A DNA stretch of 64,000 nt from Dehalococcoidia bacterium (GCA_965207225.1 CBDBLV010000005.1:192001-256000), one strand, 5' to 3'; positions 41,649 through 51,401 are shown, numbered from the stretch's first letter. Program-made: numbers and translations. Notes: generated by a model from the letters alone, not told the origin.

Positions 41649-42431
41649 TTGAGGCTTAAGGATAAGGTCGCGATTGTCACGGGGGCCACGGCGGGGATGG
41701 GTCGGGCGGCGGCGGAGCTTTTTGCCCGGGAAGGGGCCAGGGTGGTGATGTGCGGGCGCAGGAAGGAGTTGGGGCAGGAGATCATCGACCTGATAAAGGG
41801 GTGGGGTGGGGAGGCGACCTTTGTTACAGCGGATGTGGCCCGGGCCGAGGACGTGAAGCGCGTCGTCGACACCGCAGTCTCGACATACGGCAGGCTGGAC
41901 GTGCTGTTCAACAACGCCGGCATCAACGAGCACACCGAGGGCGACCCCGACAAGGAGCCCGTCGAAATCTGGGACAGGATCATCGACGTCAACCTGAAAG
42001 GCACGTTCCTCGGCATGAAGTACGCCATCCCGGAGATGCGCAAGGCCGGGGGCGGTTCCATAATCAACAACTCCTCGGTCAACGACTCCCAAGCCGACAT
42101 GGTGTCCATGTCCTCCTACCACGCCTCCAAGGGCGGGGTCACGGCCCTTACCAAGAAGGCCGCCGTGGAGTATGCCTCCGACAACATCCGGGTCAACGCG
42201 GTGAACCCGGGGCCCATCGCTACGGAAATGGTGGACATACCCTGGGACAAGCTTACCGACCCGGACATCGTCGCCGAGCGCAAGACCAAGCAGCCCCTGA
42301 ACCGGATGGGCCACCCCATGGACGTAGCCTACGCAGCGCTCTATTTCGCCTGCGAGGAGTCGGCGTTTGTGACGGGGGCGACATTGCTGATAGACGGCGG
42401 GCAGTCGGCGGCATACCGGGACCCGGTGTAG
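41649..42431 (+). CDS. SDR oxidoreductase, tandem paralog 1
   Basis: TGATAGMG, NNAG, YHASK; TTG start after GGAGG. Confidence 0.92.
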   Translation: MRLKDKVAIVTGATAGMGRAAAELFAREGARVVMCGRRKELGQEIIDLIKGWGGEATFVTADVARAEDVKRVVDTAVSTYGRLDVLFNNAGINEHTEGDPDKEPVEIWDRIIDVNLKGTFLGMKYAIPEMRKAGGGSIINNSSVNDSQADMVSMSSYHASKGGVTALTKKAAVEYASDNIRVNAVNPGPIATEMVDIPWDKLTDPDIVAERKTKQPLNRMGHPMDVAYAALYFACEESAFVTGATLLIDGGQSAAYRDPV

Positions 42432-42456
42432 CAGAGAAAAGTAACCGGAGAAGAAC

Positions 42457-43239
42457 ATGAGGCTGGATGGAAAAGTTGCCATAGTCACAGGGGCCACCGC
42501 CGGGATGGGCAGGGCTGCCGCAGAGCTGTTCGCAGAGGAAGGGGCCAAGGTGGTGATGTGCGGGCGCCGGGAGTCGCTGGGACAGGAGGTTGTGGACGTG
42601 ATCAAGGGGAAGGGTGGGGAGGCCACCTTCGTCAAGGCCAATGTGGCCAGCGAAGAAGACGTGCAGAAGGTGGTGGACACGGCGGTCGGGAGCTACGGCA
42701 GGCTGGACGTGCTGTTCAACAACGCCGGCACGGACACCGGGTGGCTTGACGACCCCGCCCAGGAGGCCGAGGAGGACTGGGACCGGGTCATCGACGTAAA
42801 CCTGAAGGGCACGTTCATGTGCATGAAGTATGCTGTGCCGGAGATGCGCAAGGTCGGGGGTGGGTCCATCATCAACAACTCGTCGGTGTGGGACGTACAG
42901 GCGCCCCTGTCCTCCAGCCCCTCTTACCACGCTTCCAAGGGCGGGGTTACGGCCCTAACCAAGAAGGCCGCCGTGGTCTACGCAGCCGACAACATCCGCG
43001 TGAACGCAGTTAACCCGGGCGCTGTCGCAACGGAGATGGTCGACATCCCGTGGAACAAGCTGGACGACCCCGAGGTGATCGAGTCCCGCAAGAAGCTGCA
43101 ACCCCTGCCCCGCATGGGCCACCCCAGGGACGTGGCCTACGCCGCCCTCTACTTCGCCTGCGAGGAGTCGGCTTTCGTGACGGGGGCCACACTGCTCGTT
43201 GATGGTGGTCAGTCGTCGGCTTATCGAGATGTCGTCTGA
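42457..43239 (+). CDS. SDR oxidoreductase, tandem paralog 2
   Basis: TGATAGMG, NNAG, YHASK. Confidence 0.92.
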   Translation: MRLDGKVAIVTGATAGMGRAAAELFAEEGAKVVMCGRRESLGQEVVDVIKGKGGEATFVKANVASEEDVQKVVDTAVGSYGRLDVLFNNAGTDTGWLDDPAQEAEEDWDRVIDVNLKGTFMCMKYAVPEMRKVGGGSIINNSSVWDVQAPLSSSPSYHASKGGVTALTKKAAVVYAADNIRVNAVNPGAVATEMVDIPWNKLDDPEVIESRKKLQPLPRMGHPRDVAYAALYFACEESAFVTGATLLVDGGQSSAYRDVV

Positions 43240-43284
43240 CGACAGCGATTCCTGATCAAATTCCACTACCGGGAGAAGCACATC

Positions 43285-44067
43285 ATGAGGCTTGAAGGTA
43301 AGGTCGCGATCGTGACGGGAGCCACTGCGGGTATGGGCAGAGCGGCGGCAGAGCTCTTTGCCCTGGAGGGTGCCAAGGTGGTGATGTGCGGCAGGCGTGA
43401 ATCGCTGGGTCAGGAAATCCTTGGTGTGATCAAGGGGCGGGGTGGGGAGGCGACTTTCGTCACGGCGGATGTGTCCAAGACAGAGGACGTGAAACGAGTA
43501 ATCAAAGCCGCTGTGGACACCTACGGAAGACTTGATGTCCTGTTCAACAACGCCGGCATTGACAGCGGTCTCATGGACGACCCAACCCAGGAGTCAGAGG
43601 AGGACTGGGACCGAGTCATAGACGTCAACCTGAAGGGAACGTTCCTGGGTATCAAGTACGCAGTGCCGGAGATGCGCAAGGTCGGGGGTGGGTCCATCAT
43701 CAACAACTCGTCCGTCAATGACACCCAGGCGGGGGTGGCCTCCACCATTTCCTATCACGCATCCAAGGGCGGCGTCACAGCCCTGACGAAGAAGGCCGCA
43801 GTGGTCCACGCCGCCGACAACATCCGGGTCAATGCCGTCAACCCCGGCCCGATCGCCACGGAAATGGTGGACATCCCCTGGGACAAGCTCACCGATCCCG
43901 ATACCATAGAGACACGCCTGAGGCTGCAACCCCTTCGTCGGATGGGCCACCCCATGGACGTCGCCTACGCAGCCCTATACTTTGCATCCGACGAGTCGGC
44001 CTTCGTGACTGGGGCCACGCTGATAATCGACGGTGGTCAGGCGGCGGCGTACCGGGACGTCGTATAG
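43285..44067 (+). CDS. SDR oxidoreductase, tandem paralog 3
   Basis: TGATAGMG, NNAG, YHASK. Confidence 0.92.
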   Translation: MRLEGKVAIVTGATAGMGRAAAELFALEGAKVVMCGRRESLGQEILGVIKGRGGEATFVTADVSKTEDVKRVIKAAVDTYGRLDVLFNNAGIDSGLMDDPTQESEEDWDRVIDVNLKGTFLGIKYAVPEMRKVGGGSIINNSSVNDTQAGVASTISYHASKGGVTALTKKAAVVHAADNIRVNAVNPGPIATEMVDIPWDKLTDPDTIETRLRLQPLRRMGHPMDVAYAALYFASDESAFVTGATLIIDGGQAAAYRDVV

Positions 44068-44111
44068 CCGTCCGATCCTTCTATATTTACCTCATTCTTT
44101 AGGAGGAGCGC

Positions 44112-44897
44112 ATGAGACTTGCAGATAAGGTTGCCATAGTTACCGGGTCCACAGCGGGGATTGGAAGGGGCGCCGCGGAACTCTTCGCCAAGGAAGGGGC
44201 CAAGGTGGTGGTCTCGGGCAGGACTGTCGAGGCGGGAGAACGAGTTGCAGAAGGGATTCGGGCGGGGGGCGGGGAGGCAATTTTCGTCAAAGCCGACGTT
44301 TCACTCGCAGCCGACGTCCAGCGGATTGTGGAAGAGACAGTCGCCGCATACGGCAAGCTGGACGTGCTCTTCAACAACGCGGGCACTGGGAGCAAGGGCC
44401 TGACTGCCGACGAGTCGGAGGAGAGTTGGGACCGCTGTATTACGATCAACCTGAAAAGCGTCTTCTTGGGCATAAAGTATGCCGTGCCGGAGATGATCAA
44501 AAACGGCGGCGGCTCCATAGTCAGCAACGCCTCCATGTGGGGTGTCACCGCCAGCCATCGGTGCGCCGGCTCCTACGTCGCTTCCAAGGCGGCGATCATA
44601 GGGCTCACCAAGAAGGCGGCGCTGGACTATGCGAAGCAGAGGATACGGGTGAACTGCATCTCCCCCGGCGACATCGGGTTTGTGGGCATGGAAAATGACG
44701 AGGACTACTGGACTCGACCCGACATTGTCGAAGACTTCGAGACCCGCCAGCCCTACCCCCACATGGGCACCCCCGAAGACTGCGCCTACGCCGTTCTCTA
44801 TCTCGCCAGCGATGAGTCGGCATTCGTCACGGGGACCAACCTTGTGCTGGACGGCGGCATGACCATTGCGGAGATCCTGGCGGGGGGTCGGGGGTGA
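44112..44897 (+). CDS. SDR oxidoreductase, more divergent paralog 4
   Basis: TGSTAGIG, NNAG, YVASK. Confidence 0.92.
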   Translation: MRLADKVAIVTGSTAGIGRGAAELFAKEGAKVVVSGRTVEAGERVAEGIRAGGGEAIFVKADVSLAADVQRIVEETVAAYGKLDVLFNNAGTGSKGLTADESEESWDRCITINLKSVFLGIKYAVPEMIKNGGGSIVSNASMWGVTASHRCAGSYVASKAAIIGLTKKAALDYAKQRIRVNCISPGDIGFVGMENDEDYWTRPDIVEDFETRQPYPHMGTPEDCAYAVLYLASDESAFVTGTNLVLDGGMTIAEILAGGRG

Positions 44898-45071
44898 AGG
44901 GCCGAGGTCCTGCCAATAGTGTCTAAGCGGCAACTACCGACCCTCGTCCAACATCCCATCTAACAAAGCGAGTTGGAACAAACCTGACTCTCTTTACGTC
45001 TCCACTAGCGTGACCTGAGGCCATGGCGCGCTGTTTTGCCGGTGCGACGCAGGCAATCGTATACTGCCCGA

Positions 45072-45683
45072 ATGTCGCCTCCCGGTAGGACAGCGGAGCC
45101 GGAAGAGGTCCTCGTGGCCCGCAGCCGGGACGGGGATGTCGACGCCTTCAACCGGATCGTGGATATGTACCAGAGGCCGATGTACAACCTGGCGCTCCGA
45201 ATGCTGGGCGACGCCCCCGCTGCAGAGGATGCCACCCAGGACGCTTTCATCTCGGCCTTCCGCAACATTGGCCGGTTCAAGGACGGGAGCCTGAAGTCCT
45301 GGCTCTTCACCATTGCGGCAAACCGGTGCCGGGACATGCTCCGGGCCCGCAGCGTCCGCCCGGCCGAGTCCCTGGACTCGGAGGAGACCACCCTCGACCC
45401 CCCATCCCGCACAGAGTCCCCCGAAGACTACGCCGTCAGGCGAGAGATGGGCCGAAGCATTCAGCAGGCCCTTGCTACTCTCCCTCACGACCAGCGCCTG
45501 GCCGTAGTGTTGATCGACGTGCAGGGCCTGGCCTACGAGGAAGCTGCAGAGGTCATAGGAATTAACGTAGGCACTGTGAAGTCGCGGCTGAGCCGGGGTC
45601 GGGGGCGGATCAGAGATTTGCTGAGGGAGAAGCCGGGGATTCTGCCAGCCCGGTATGGGAGCCAGGACCGAGAGCGTGATTGA
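45072..45683 (+). CDS. ECF RNA polymerase sigma factor
   Basis: [31 protein letters not shown]...[11 protein letters not shown]. Confidence 0.93.
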   Translation: MSPPGRTAEPEEVLVARSRDGDVDAFNRIVDMYQRPMYNLALRMLGDAPAAEDATQDAFISAFRNIGRFKDGSLKSWLFTIAANRCRDMLRARSVRPAESLDSEETTLDPPSRTESPEDYAVRREMGRSIQQALATLPHDQRLAVVLIDVQGLAYEEAAEVIGINVGTVKSRLSRGRGRIRDLLREKPGILPARYGSQDRERD

Positions 45684-46641
45684 GTTGCTAAAAAGCTTTT
45701 TCGACAGGGGGCACGGGCGCTTCCTGGGGATGCTGTCGGACTTCATCGATGGCGAACTGGAACCCGGGGCCCGGGCGGCGCTGGAAGAGCACCTGGTCGC
45801 CTGTTCGGCCTGCAGCGAGGAGCTGGAGTCGCTGCGGGCGACGGTGCTGATGCTCCGCCGGATGCCGGAAGTCGAGGCGCCGCGCTCGTTCAGGCTGGCA
45901 CCGGCATCCGTGAGCGAAATCTCACCTCCTCCCGAGAAGCCGGTCTTCCAGTGGGCGATGCGGGTGTCGACGGCCGTAGCTGTGGTGGCCTTCACGGTTA
46001 TGGTGGCGGGCAACGTATCAGGGCTTTGGGATGGGGGAGGGTTGAGTGAGGAGGGTCCAGCCGCGTCGGCCTTCGATGCGGAGATGGCTTCTGATTCGCC
46101 GGACTTCATACCGACTTCCACACCCGCAGCTATGATGGATGAACCCGAAGAAATGATGGCCCCCGAGCCGGACATGCCGCCCCGCTCCACGCCCGTGATG
46201 GAGCGGGCAGCCCCCGAGCCCACCGCAATGCCAGAGGCTACGATGGACGAAATGGAAGAAGCAGCCGCGGACGAACCCGCGCTGGACGCGGCAGCAGCTA
46301 TTGCTGAGGACGATAGCCTCGTTGCCGAGGCTGCACCCGAACCCACCGGCACTCCCATGCCCGCGCCTGCAACTGCTCCCATTCCGACTCCTCTACCCAG
46401 CCCAACCCCGACACCCGCGCCTACGGCCACTCCGACCCCAACGCCCGAACCGACACCGGCGCCTACTGCAACACCGGCACCCGAGCCTACACCCTTGCCC
46501 TGGACAAGCACCGATATAGAAGTGGACGATGAGGGAAGAGAGGTGATAACGGGGTTGACTATCGGGTTGGGGATATTGGCTGGTGCGCTGGGCATCGGGA
46601 CGATTTACCTGACGCTGAGGAGGCGTCGGGGGGTGGGGTAG
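45676..46641 (+). CDS. zf-HC2 anti-sigma factor with Pro/Thr-rich region and C-terminal TM
   Basis: HLVACSAC (HxxxCxxC); central TM helix; overlaps sigma gene. Confidence 0.88.
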   Translation: MIELLKSFFDRGHGRFLGMLSDFIDGELEPGARAALEEHLVACSACSEELESLRATVLMLRRMPEVEAPRSFRLAPASVSEISPPPEKPVFQWAMRVSTAVAVVAFTVMVAGNVSGLWDGGGLSEEGPAASAFDAEMASDSPDFIPTSTPAAMMDEPEEMMAPEPDMPPRSTPVMERAAPEPTAMPEATMDEMEEAAADEPALDAAAAIAEDDSLVAEAAPEPTGTPMPAPATAPIPTPLPSPTPTPAPTATPTPTPEPTPAPTATPAPEPTPLPWTSTDIEVDDEGREVITGLTIGLGILAGALGIGTIYLTLRRRRGVG

Positions 46642-46693
46642 GGGGTGACACCAACGGAGAGAGACAAGGTGAGGCAGTAGGTTAGGATTCTCT

Positions 46694-47185
46694 CTAGTGA
46701 TGGTTCGGGGTTGAACTCTCGGCAGTGTCAAGGTCACGAAGAACTTCTTCGTAAGCCTCAACACGGGAGGAGTCCCCGGCTTTGCGCGCCTTGTCCAATT
46801 TTCCTCGTATGACGGCTCTGAGCTCCGCCCGTTCCTGGGCCCGACCCTCAGCCCGGCCCTCGGCCCGACCCTCAGCCCGACGTTCTTCCCGTACCCTTTG
46901 CAGCCATCTTTCGGTCAACACCATGATGACACTCCTTGCTTCTGCCGCAATCATGCTAATTGTAGCAGAGCCTATTGCCAGGGAACCCGCGTGGCCCAAA
47001 ACCGCTGTCAGAATTGCTAAGACAGAATTTCTTTGACTGACTCCCTCCAGGGACTCATTTGTCGCAGCTACCGACATTCCTGCGATGAACAGAAGGAAGA
47101 AGGCCGTGAAATAGAACCTCTTTGTGCGAGAGTCGACGGTCCATATGGACTCCCGCTCATTATTGGTGGTCACCTGTCCGTACAC
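46694..47185 (-). CDS. Hypothetical membrane protein with Rpn-like RAEG-repeat C-terminus
   Basis: Two hydrophobic helices then RAEGRAEGRAEG; internal AAGGAG-7nt-ATG at 46924. Confidence 0.65.
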   Translation of the reverse strand: MYGQVTTNNERESIWTVDSRTKRFYFTAFFLLFIAGMSVAATNESLEGVSQRNSVLAILTAVLGHAGSLAIGSATISMIAAEARSVIMVLTERWLQRVREERRAEGRAEGRAEGRAQERAELRAVIRGKLDKARKAGDSSRVEAYEEVLRDLDTAESSTPNHH

Positions 47186-47472
47186 TAGTGCGGCCTCACG
47201 GTCCCAGGGTTAATGCAGTGTTCGACCCAGGCTTCACCGCAGCTTTGGGACTCCTCAGATTAAATGTCATGGGCTGGATAGTTAGACACCATCGTATTAC
47301 TTTCAGGGGCTAGAAGAATTCTTAGACACGAATACGTGGAAGAAACAGACCCTCAAGAGAAGCAATAATAGCACTCTAATGTAACATGCTCAAGCACATG
47401 CCAGGATTGTCCGATGACAATTTCCACAGAAATGTGGGATGGGGAACAAGCAGCTATCCTAAATATCACCTT

Positions 47473-48804
47473 TCACTGAGAGGAAGTCGGGGAGGGGGCC
47501 TCTTCCTTGACGAGGGTGAGTTCGCGGTCCGGGTCCTGGATGCCGAGGTTGGACATGGCGCGGCGGCGGCTGTGGATGCCAGAGCGGACGAGGGTCTCCT
47601 CGTCCTGGACTAGGCGGCTGCGGTCCTGGGGAAGGATGGGGCCCCAGAGGACTTTCGGGCGGACGGGGCCGAAGTCGAGGCCCTGGTATCGCTCAAGGAC
47701 CTGGAGGATCATGCGGGCCCGACGCTCGTAGGCGGAGGTGCGGATGAGGCGCTTGCGGCGGACCTTCTGGACGAGGGGGTTCAGCTCTATGTCCAGGGCC
47801 ACACCGGAAAGGCCACGGGCATTGTCGCCGAAGCTGGGTCTCGGGGATTCGGAGAGGTCATGGAGGGCGCGATAGACGAGGTCGATGAACTCGGTGTGGA
47901 GGCGGACGCCGCCGCCCTGGAGCAGGTCCAGGAGGTAGGCGCGGGAGCTTTCGGGGACCTCCCACACGGCCCCGGGCTGCACGGTGATGTCGCTGGCGTC
48001 CTCTATGTTTTCGAGCACGGCTATGGGGTTGCCGGACAACTCGAGGATCATCGAAAGCTGGGAGAAGGCGCGGTTCAGCTCCCGGGCGGGCTCCATGATG
48101 GCAGGCACGTCGGATGCGCCCCAGAAGCGCTTGGGCTCCCGGATGTTGGGGAAGACGACGAAGGGGATGAAGCCGTAGGGGTTGGCCCGACTCTCCTGCA
48201 TGGCGTTGTCTATCCAGATTTCGAAGGTGTCTGCGGTCCAGACTTCTACGATGGTGGAGTCGGGGCGGTTGCCGCCGGCGGAGGAGGCATGGGCCCCTGA
48301 ACCGTAAAGAAGCTCGACCTCGTCGGCGGAGAGCTTGTAGCGGCTGGCGATGCGCCATACGCGGTTGACGTCGTCGCCGACCCACCAGGCGAAGATTCCC
48401 TGCACGTCGGGGGCGGAGACGCGGACACGCTCTTCTTCGGCATCCCAGGTGACCTTGTAGGCGGCGTCGCCGAGGACAGCGGCGTCGAGTTCGGTGTCGA
48501 AATCGAGCTGCTGCAGGTCGTTGTCGGCGTAGACGGCGGCGAGGGCCCGGCTCGCTTCCTCGGCCCTGCGGGCGGCTTCATCGGAAGAGTCGAAAGGCTC
48601 GACCGTGAAGCCGATGTCGGCCATGAGGTAGGAAGTTATCTTGTCGATGAAGGAGCGGGCGTAGTTGAAGGTGAGGCGTCGCTCCTTGCGGCGGGAGTGG
48701 TCGAGCCACTGTCCGCCGGAGTAGAAGTCGAGGTTTTCGGAGTAGGAGCGGAGGCGGTCGGGGTCCATGCGTTCGATTTGCTGGGGGATTGTCAGGTTTG
48801 TAAT
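47473..48804 (-). CDS. Phage portal protein (SPP1 gp6-like); first ATG at 48768, possible ATT start at 48804
   Basis: DFYSGGQW, LTFNYARSFIDK, NPYGFIPFVVFPN, WGASD, SGVAL motifs; downstream of terminase. Confidence 0.85.
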   Translation of the reverse strand: MTNLTIPQQIERMDPDRLRSYSENLDFYSGGQWLDHSRRKERRLTFNYARSFIDKITSYLMADIGFTVEPFDSSDEAARRAEEASRALAAVYADNDLQQLDFDTELDAAVLGDAAYKVTWDAEEERVRVSAPDVQGIFAWWVGDDVNRVWRIASRYKLSADEVELLYGSGAHASSAGGNRPDSTIVEVWTADTFEIWIDNAMQESRANPYGFIPFVVFPNIREPKRFWGASDVPAIMEPARELNRAFSQLSMILELSGNPIAVLENIEDASDITVQPGAVWEVPESSRAYLLDLLQGGGVRLHTEFIDLVYRALHDLSESPRPSFGDNARGLSGVALDIELNPLVQKVRRKRLIRTSAYERRARMILQVLERYQGLDFGPVRPKVLWGPILPQDRSRLVQDEETLVRSGIHSRRRAMSNLGIQDPDRELTLVKEEAPSPTSSQ

Positions 48805-48858
48805 GGTTTTCTCTCTTTCTGTGTTTTTGTGAGCAAATGAGGTCTTTTGATTATTGTT

Positions 48859-49176
48859 TCACCCTCACCCCAGCCCTCTCCCTTAGGGCCTTTAAGGGAG
48901 AGGGGGAGAAATAAACAGAGGCATACGCCTGCGCCTCGGCGCAGGCGTATGCCTCTAGTTTGGTACTGGGGGGAACGGGGGAGGGCCACTCCACCCACTG
49001 AAACGATTGGTGTGTCGGAAGATGCGGTGCACTATTCGATATACCTTTCCCTGCGGGGAAGGGAACCCTCACCCCCTTGATCCCCCTCTCCCTTAGGGCC
49101 ATTAAGGGAGAGGGGGAGAAAAGAACAGAGGCAGACGTTGGCGCTTCAGCGCCAACGTCTGCCTCTAGTTCAATAC
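48859..49176. repeat. Two copies of the composite palindromic element between terminase and portal
   Basis: 19-bp perfect hairpins at 48917-48956 and 49127-49166. Confidence 0.8.
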
Positions 49177-49268
49177 TGGGGGGAAGGGGGAGGGGGAGCC
49201 AGAGGCCACCCCTGGCTGCCCCAGATTCCTCGCGGGGCATCGGAATGACATGATGAGGGGTGGTTGTT

Positions 49269-50663
49269 TTATTCATAACCTTGGCGGAGGCGGCCGGTGG
49301 CGCGGCGGGGGATGTAGTGGGAGGCGTGGACGAGGAGGGCCAGGGAGGTGAGGAAGTCGTCGTGGCCCTGGGAGGGGTCTACGAAGAAGTTGATGGTCTG
49401 GTTGGGCCTGACTACGCTCCTTGCTTTCGAGATCTGGGACCAGAACTCGGTGGATTCGGGGGAGCCGTCGGGCTTGTAGGCGTGGAGCCTGCCGGAGTTG
49501 ATGGCGGCGAGGAGGTCGAAGCCGAGGTCCGACTTGCTGCGGGCGGTGAAGTTGAAGGGTTTGACGATGGAGGTTCCCAGAGATTTACGCAGGAAGGCGG
49601 CGACGCCAGCGCCAACGCCTGTGGCGTCGACGACTACCCTGCGGCATTTCCACACGTTTTTGAGAAGGTGAACGAGGGTCGAGTAGATCTCCGTGTGGGG
49701 TTTCCCAGTCCACCAGTGGTGCTCGACCACACTGAGGGAGGGGTTTTTCGATCCGAGGCCGTCGTCGGCGAGGCGAAGCTCGGCGATGGTAAGGACGGTG
49801 GAATCGCTTAAGGTCCGGGTGGCCGAAGTCCCGGTATGGCCAGAGGATTCTACATCGCCGGCGAGGTCTATGCCGGCGACGTAGGTTTGCCCCTGTAGGG
49901 GGGCTTTTGTGCGGCTGTGGTTGCCCTGAAGGAGGGCGAGCCGCGTATTGTCCAGGAACCTTCCATCGTCGGAAACGGGGGTAAGGCAGTACTGGGAGAG
50001 GAACAGGGGATGATCGCTGCCGAGGCGCTGCTGTTCGGCCTCGACGAAGCGCTGGTATTGAGGGTTGTGTTTAGCTACGGCCTGCCAGTCGAACTCGAAG
50101 TGGCGTTGAATGCCATCGGAGCGTTGAAGCTCGAGGTTGGACTGCTTGACCTGCTCAAGCAGCGAGTTTTCTTGCCAGGCGGTGCCGTAGTGGACGGTGG
50201 TGACGTTGGTGGAAGCGCCCATAGGCATGAAGTCGCGGTTGAACTTGTCGGGAGAAACGTCCTGGGACTCGTCGATTTCGAGGAGGATATCGGCGGTGTT
50301 GCCGACGACGTTGCTGGTGGGATGGGCGCTGAGGAAGAGCTGGCGGGCATGGCCGACGCGCAGACAACGGCCATTTTCGATGAGGTAGCAGCGGGAGAGG
50401 CCGGCATGGTCGAAGGTCTGCCGGAGGCGGCGGAAGCTGATGTGGGCCTGGGGGTGGAAGGTGGGGGCGGCCTTCACGGCGGCGCCGCCGGTGGGGGCGT
50501 AGGCGAAGAGGGCGGCGGTCTCGACGTGGGCGGACAACTCGTTCTTGCCGCCCTGGCGGGCGATCATGACGGAGAAGGATAAGCCCTTACTATCGCGGAC
50601 ACTCTCGATGATGGCGCGCCCGATCTCGATCTGGTAGGGCCAGAGGTAGTTGAGGTCTACCAA
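49269..50663 (-). CDS. Terminase large subunit
   Basis: Q motif WPYQ, Walker A ARQGGKN, Walker B LLEIDE, RNase H acidic motifs GIDLAG, VVDATGVG, HDD. Confidence 0.85.
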   Translation of the reverse strand: MVDLNYLWPYQIEIGRAIIESVRDSKGLSFSVMIARQGGKNELSAHVETAALFAYAPTGGAAVKAAPTFHPQAHISFRRLRQTFDHAGLSRCYLIENGRCLRVGHARQLFLSAHPTSNVVGNTADILLEIDESQDVSPDKFNRDFMPMGASTNVTTVHYGTAWQENSLLEQVKQSNLELQRSDGIQRHFEFDWQAVAKHNPQYQRFVEAEQQRLGSDHPLFLSQYCLTPVSDDGRFLDNTRLALLQGNHSRTKAPLQGQTYVAGIDLAGDVESSGHTGTSATRTLSDSTVLTIAELRLADDGLGSKNPSLSVVEHHWWTGKPHTEIYSTLVHLLKNVWKCRRVVVDATGVGAGVAAFLRKSLGTSIVKPFNFTARSKSDLGFDLLAAINSGRLHAYKPDGSPESTEFWSQISKARSVVRPNQTINFFVDPSQGHDDFLTSLALLVHASHYIPRRATGRLRQGYE

Positions 50664-50881
50664 GGGGTGACCTCGGCGATGCCGAAGACGAACTGGAGCA
50701 TGGCGGCGATCATGACGAAGAAGAAGAGGGTGTTGATGCGACCCTTAATCTCGGCGACCTGCCGCTGGAGCTCTGCGAGGCGCATTTCGAGGACGGCGTC
50801 GAAGGTGGACTCGGGCTTGATAGCCGGAGGCGCGGGGGCGGGGGGCTTGCGGTTGAAGATGTTTATGGGGTTCTTAAGCAT
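50657..50881 (-). CDS. Small coiled-coil + TM protein (holin/XhlA-like candidate)
   Basis: Overlaps both neighbours; RLAELQRQVAEIKGRIN followed by hydrophobic helix. Confidence 0.6.
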   Translation of the reverse strand: MLKNPINIFNRKPPAPAPPAIKPESTFDAVLEMRLAELQRQVAEIKGRINTLFFFVMIAAMLQFVFGIAEVTPW

Positions 50882-51287
50882 TGGTCTTTCCAGGAATCAG
50901 GTCCATGCCGAGCTCCAGGGAGATGTCTTTGATGACGGTGGCGATGCCTTCCGCGGCATCTTCAGGGGAGTCCTTGGAGACGCGGTTCTTGGCGGCGTAG
51001 GCGCGGACGATGAGCTCGATGGTCTTGAGTATGCGGGGTGTGTTGTCGCAGTTCTTATCCGTGAGTTCCTCATGCAGGAGGTCCTTGAGGCGCATCCTGA
51101 GGATGCCGATCTCCGGGTCGGGGTGTTGGATCTCCTGAGCGCTGACAAGCTTCTTCCTTGCAGCTGAGGTGAATACAGGGAAGTAGAAGGAGACACCCGG
51201 GGCGGCGGGCTTTTGGGCCTGGTCGCCCCGGGGCTCCTTAGACACGGGCGACGGGTCGGGTTGGGGGTTGCGCGGGCGGTTGGTCAT
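50874..51287 (-). CDS. Putative terminase small subunit
   Basis: Small helical protein at the head of the terminase operon; EIGILRMRL motif. Confidence 0.5.
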   Translation of the reverse strand: MTNRPRNPQPDPSPVSKEPRGDQAQKPAAPGVSFYFPVFTSAARKKLVSAQEIQHPDPEIGILRMRLKDLLHEELTDKNCDNTPRILKTIELIVRAYAAKNRVSKDSPEDAAEGIATVIKDISLELGMDLIPGKTNA

Positions 51288-51371
51288 TCGGCAGTCCTTT
51301 CAGCCAGTTCGGCAGTTCAATTTTTTCGGCGATGCAACGGGTCCGACGGGTCGGGGCCCGGGTCGGTAGGT

Positions 51372-51401
51372 ATGATAGGACTAATGTACGCAGTGTGTCA
51401 A
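51372..51401 (-). promoter_or_regulatory. Sigma70-like promoter of terminase operon with LexA-like box in spacer
   Basis: TTGACA, 18 nt, TATCAT; GTACATTAGTCC (51389-51378) in spacer. Confidence 0.5.

Noticed and set aside
45072-46641. ECF sigma / anti-sigma pair as dedicated regulator of the particle genes
   Set aside because: Only proximity supports it; both particle promoters look sigma70-type
47190-47470. Low-GC stretch downstream of the portal as an att site or gene
   Set aside because: Only short broken frames and no matching repeat found near 35000
35107-51287. Intact temperate prophage
   Set aside because: No integrase, repressor, replication or lysin genes recognised; modules are convergent and separated by host genes
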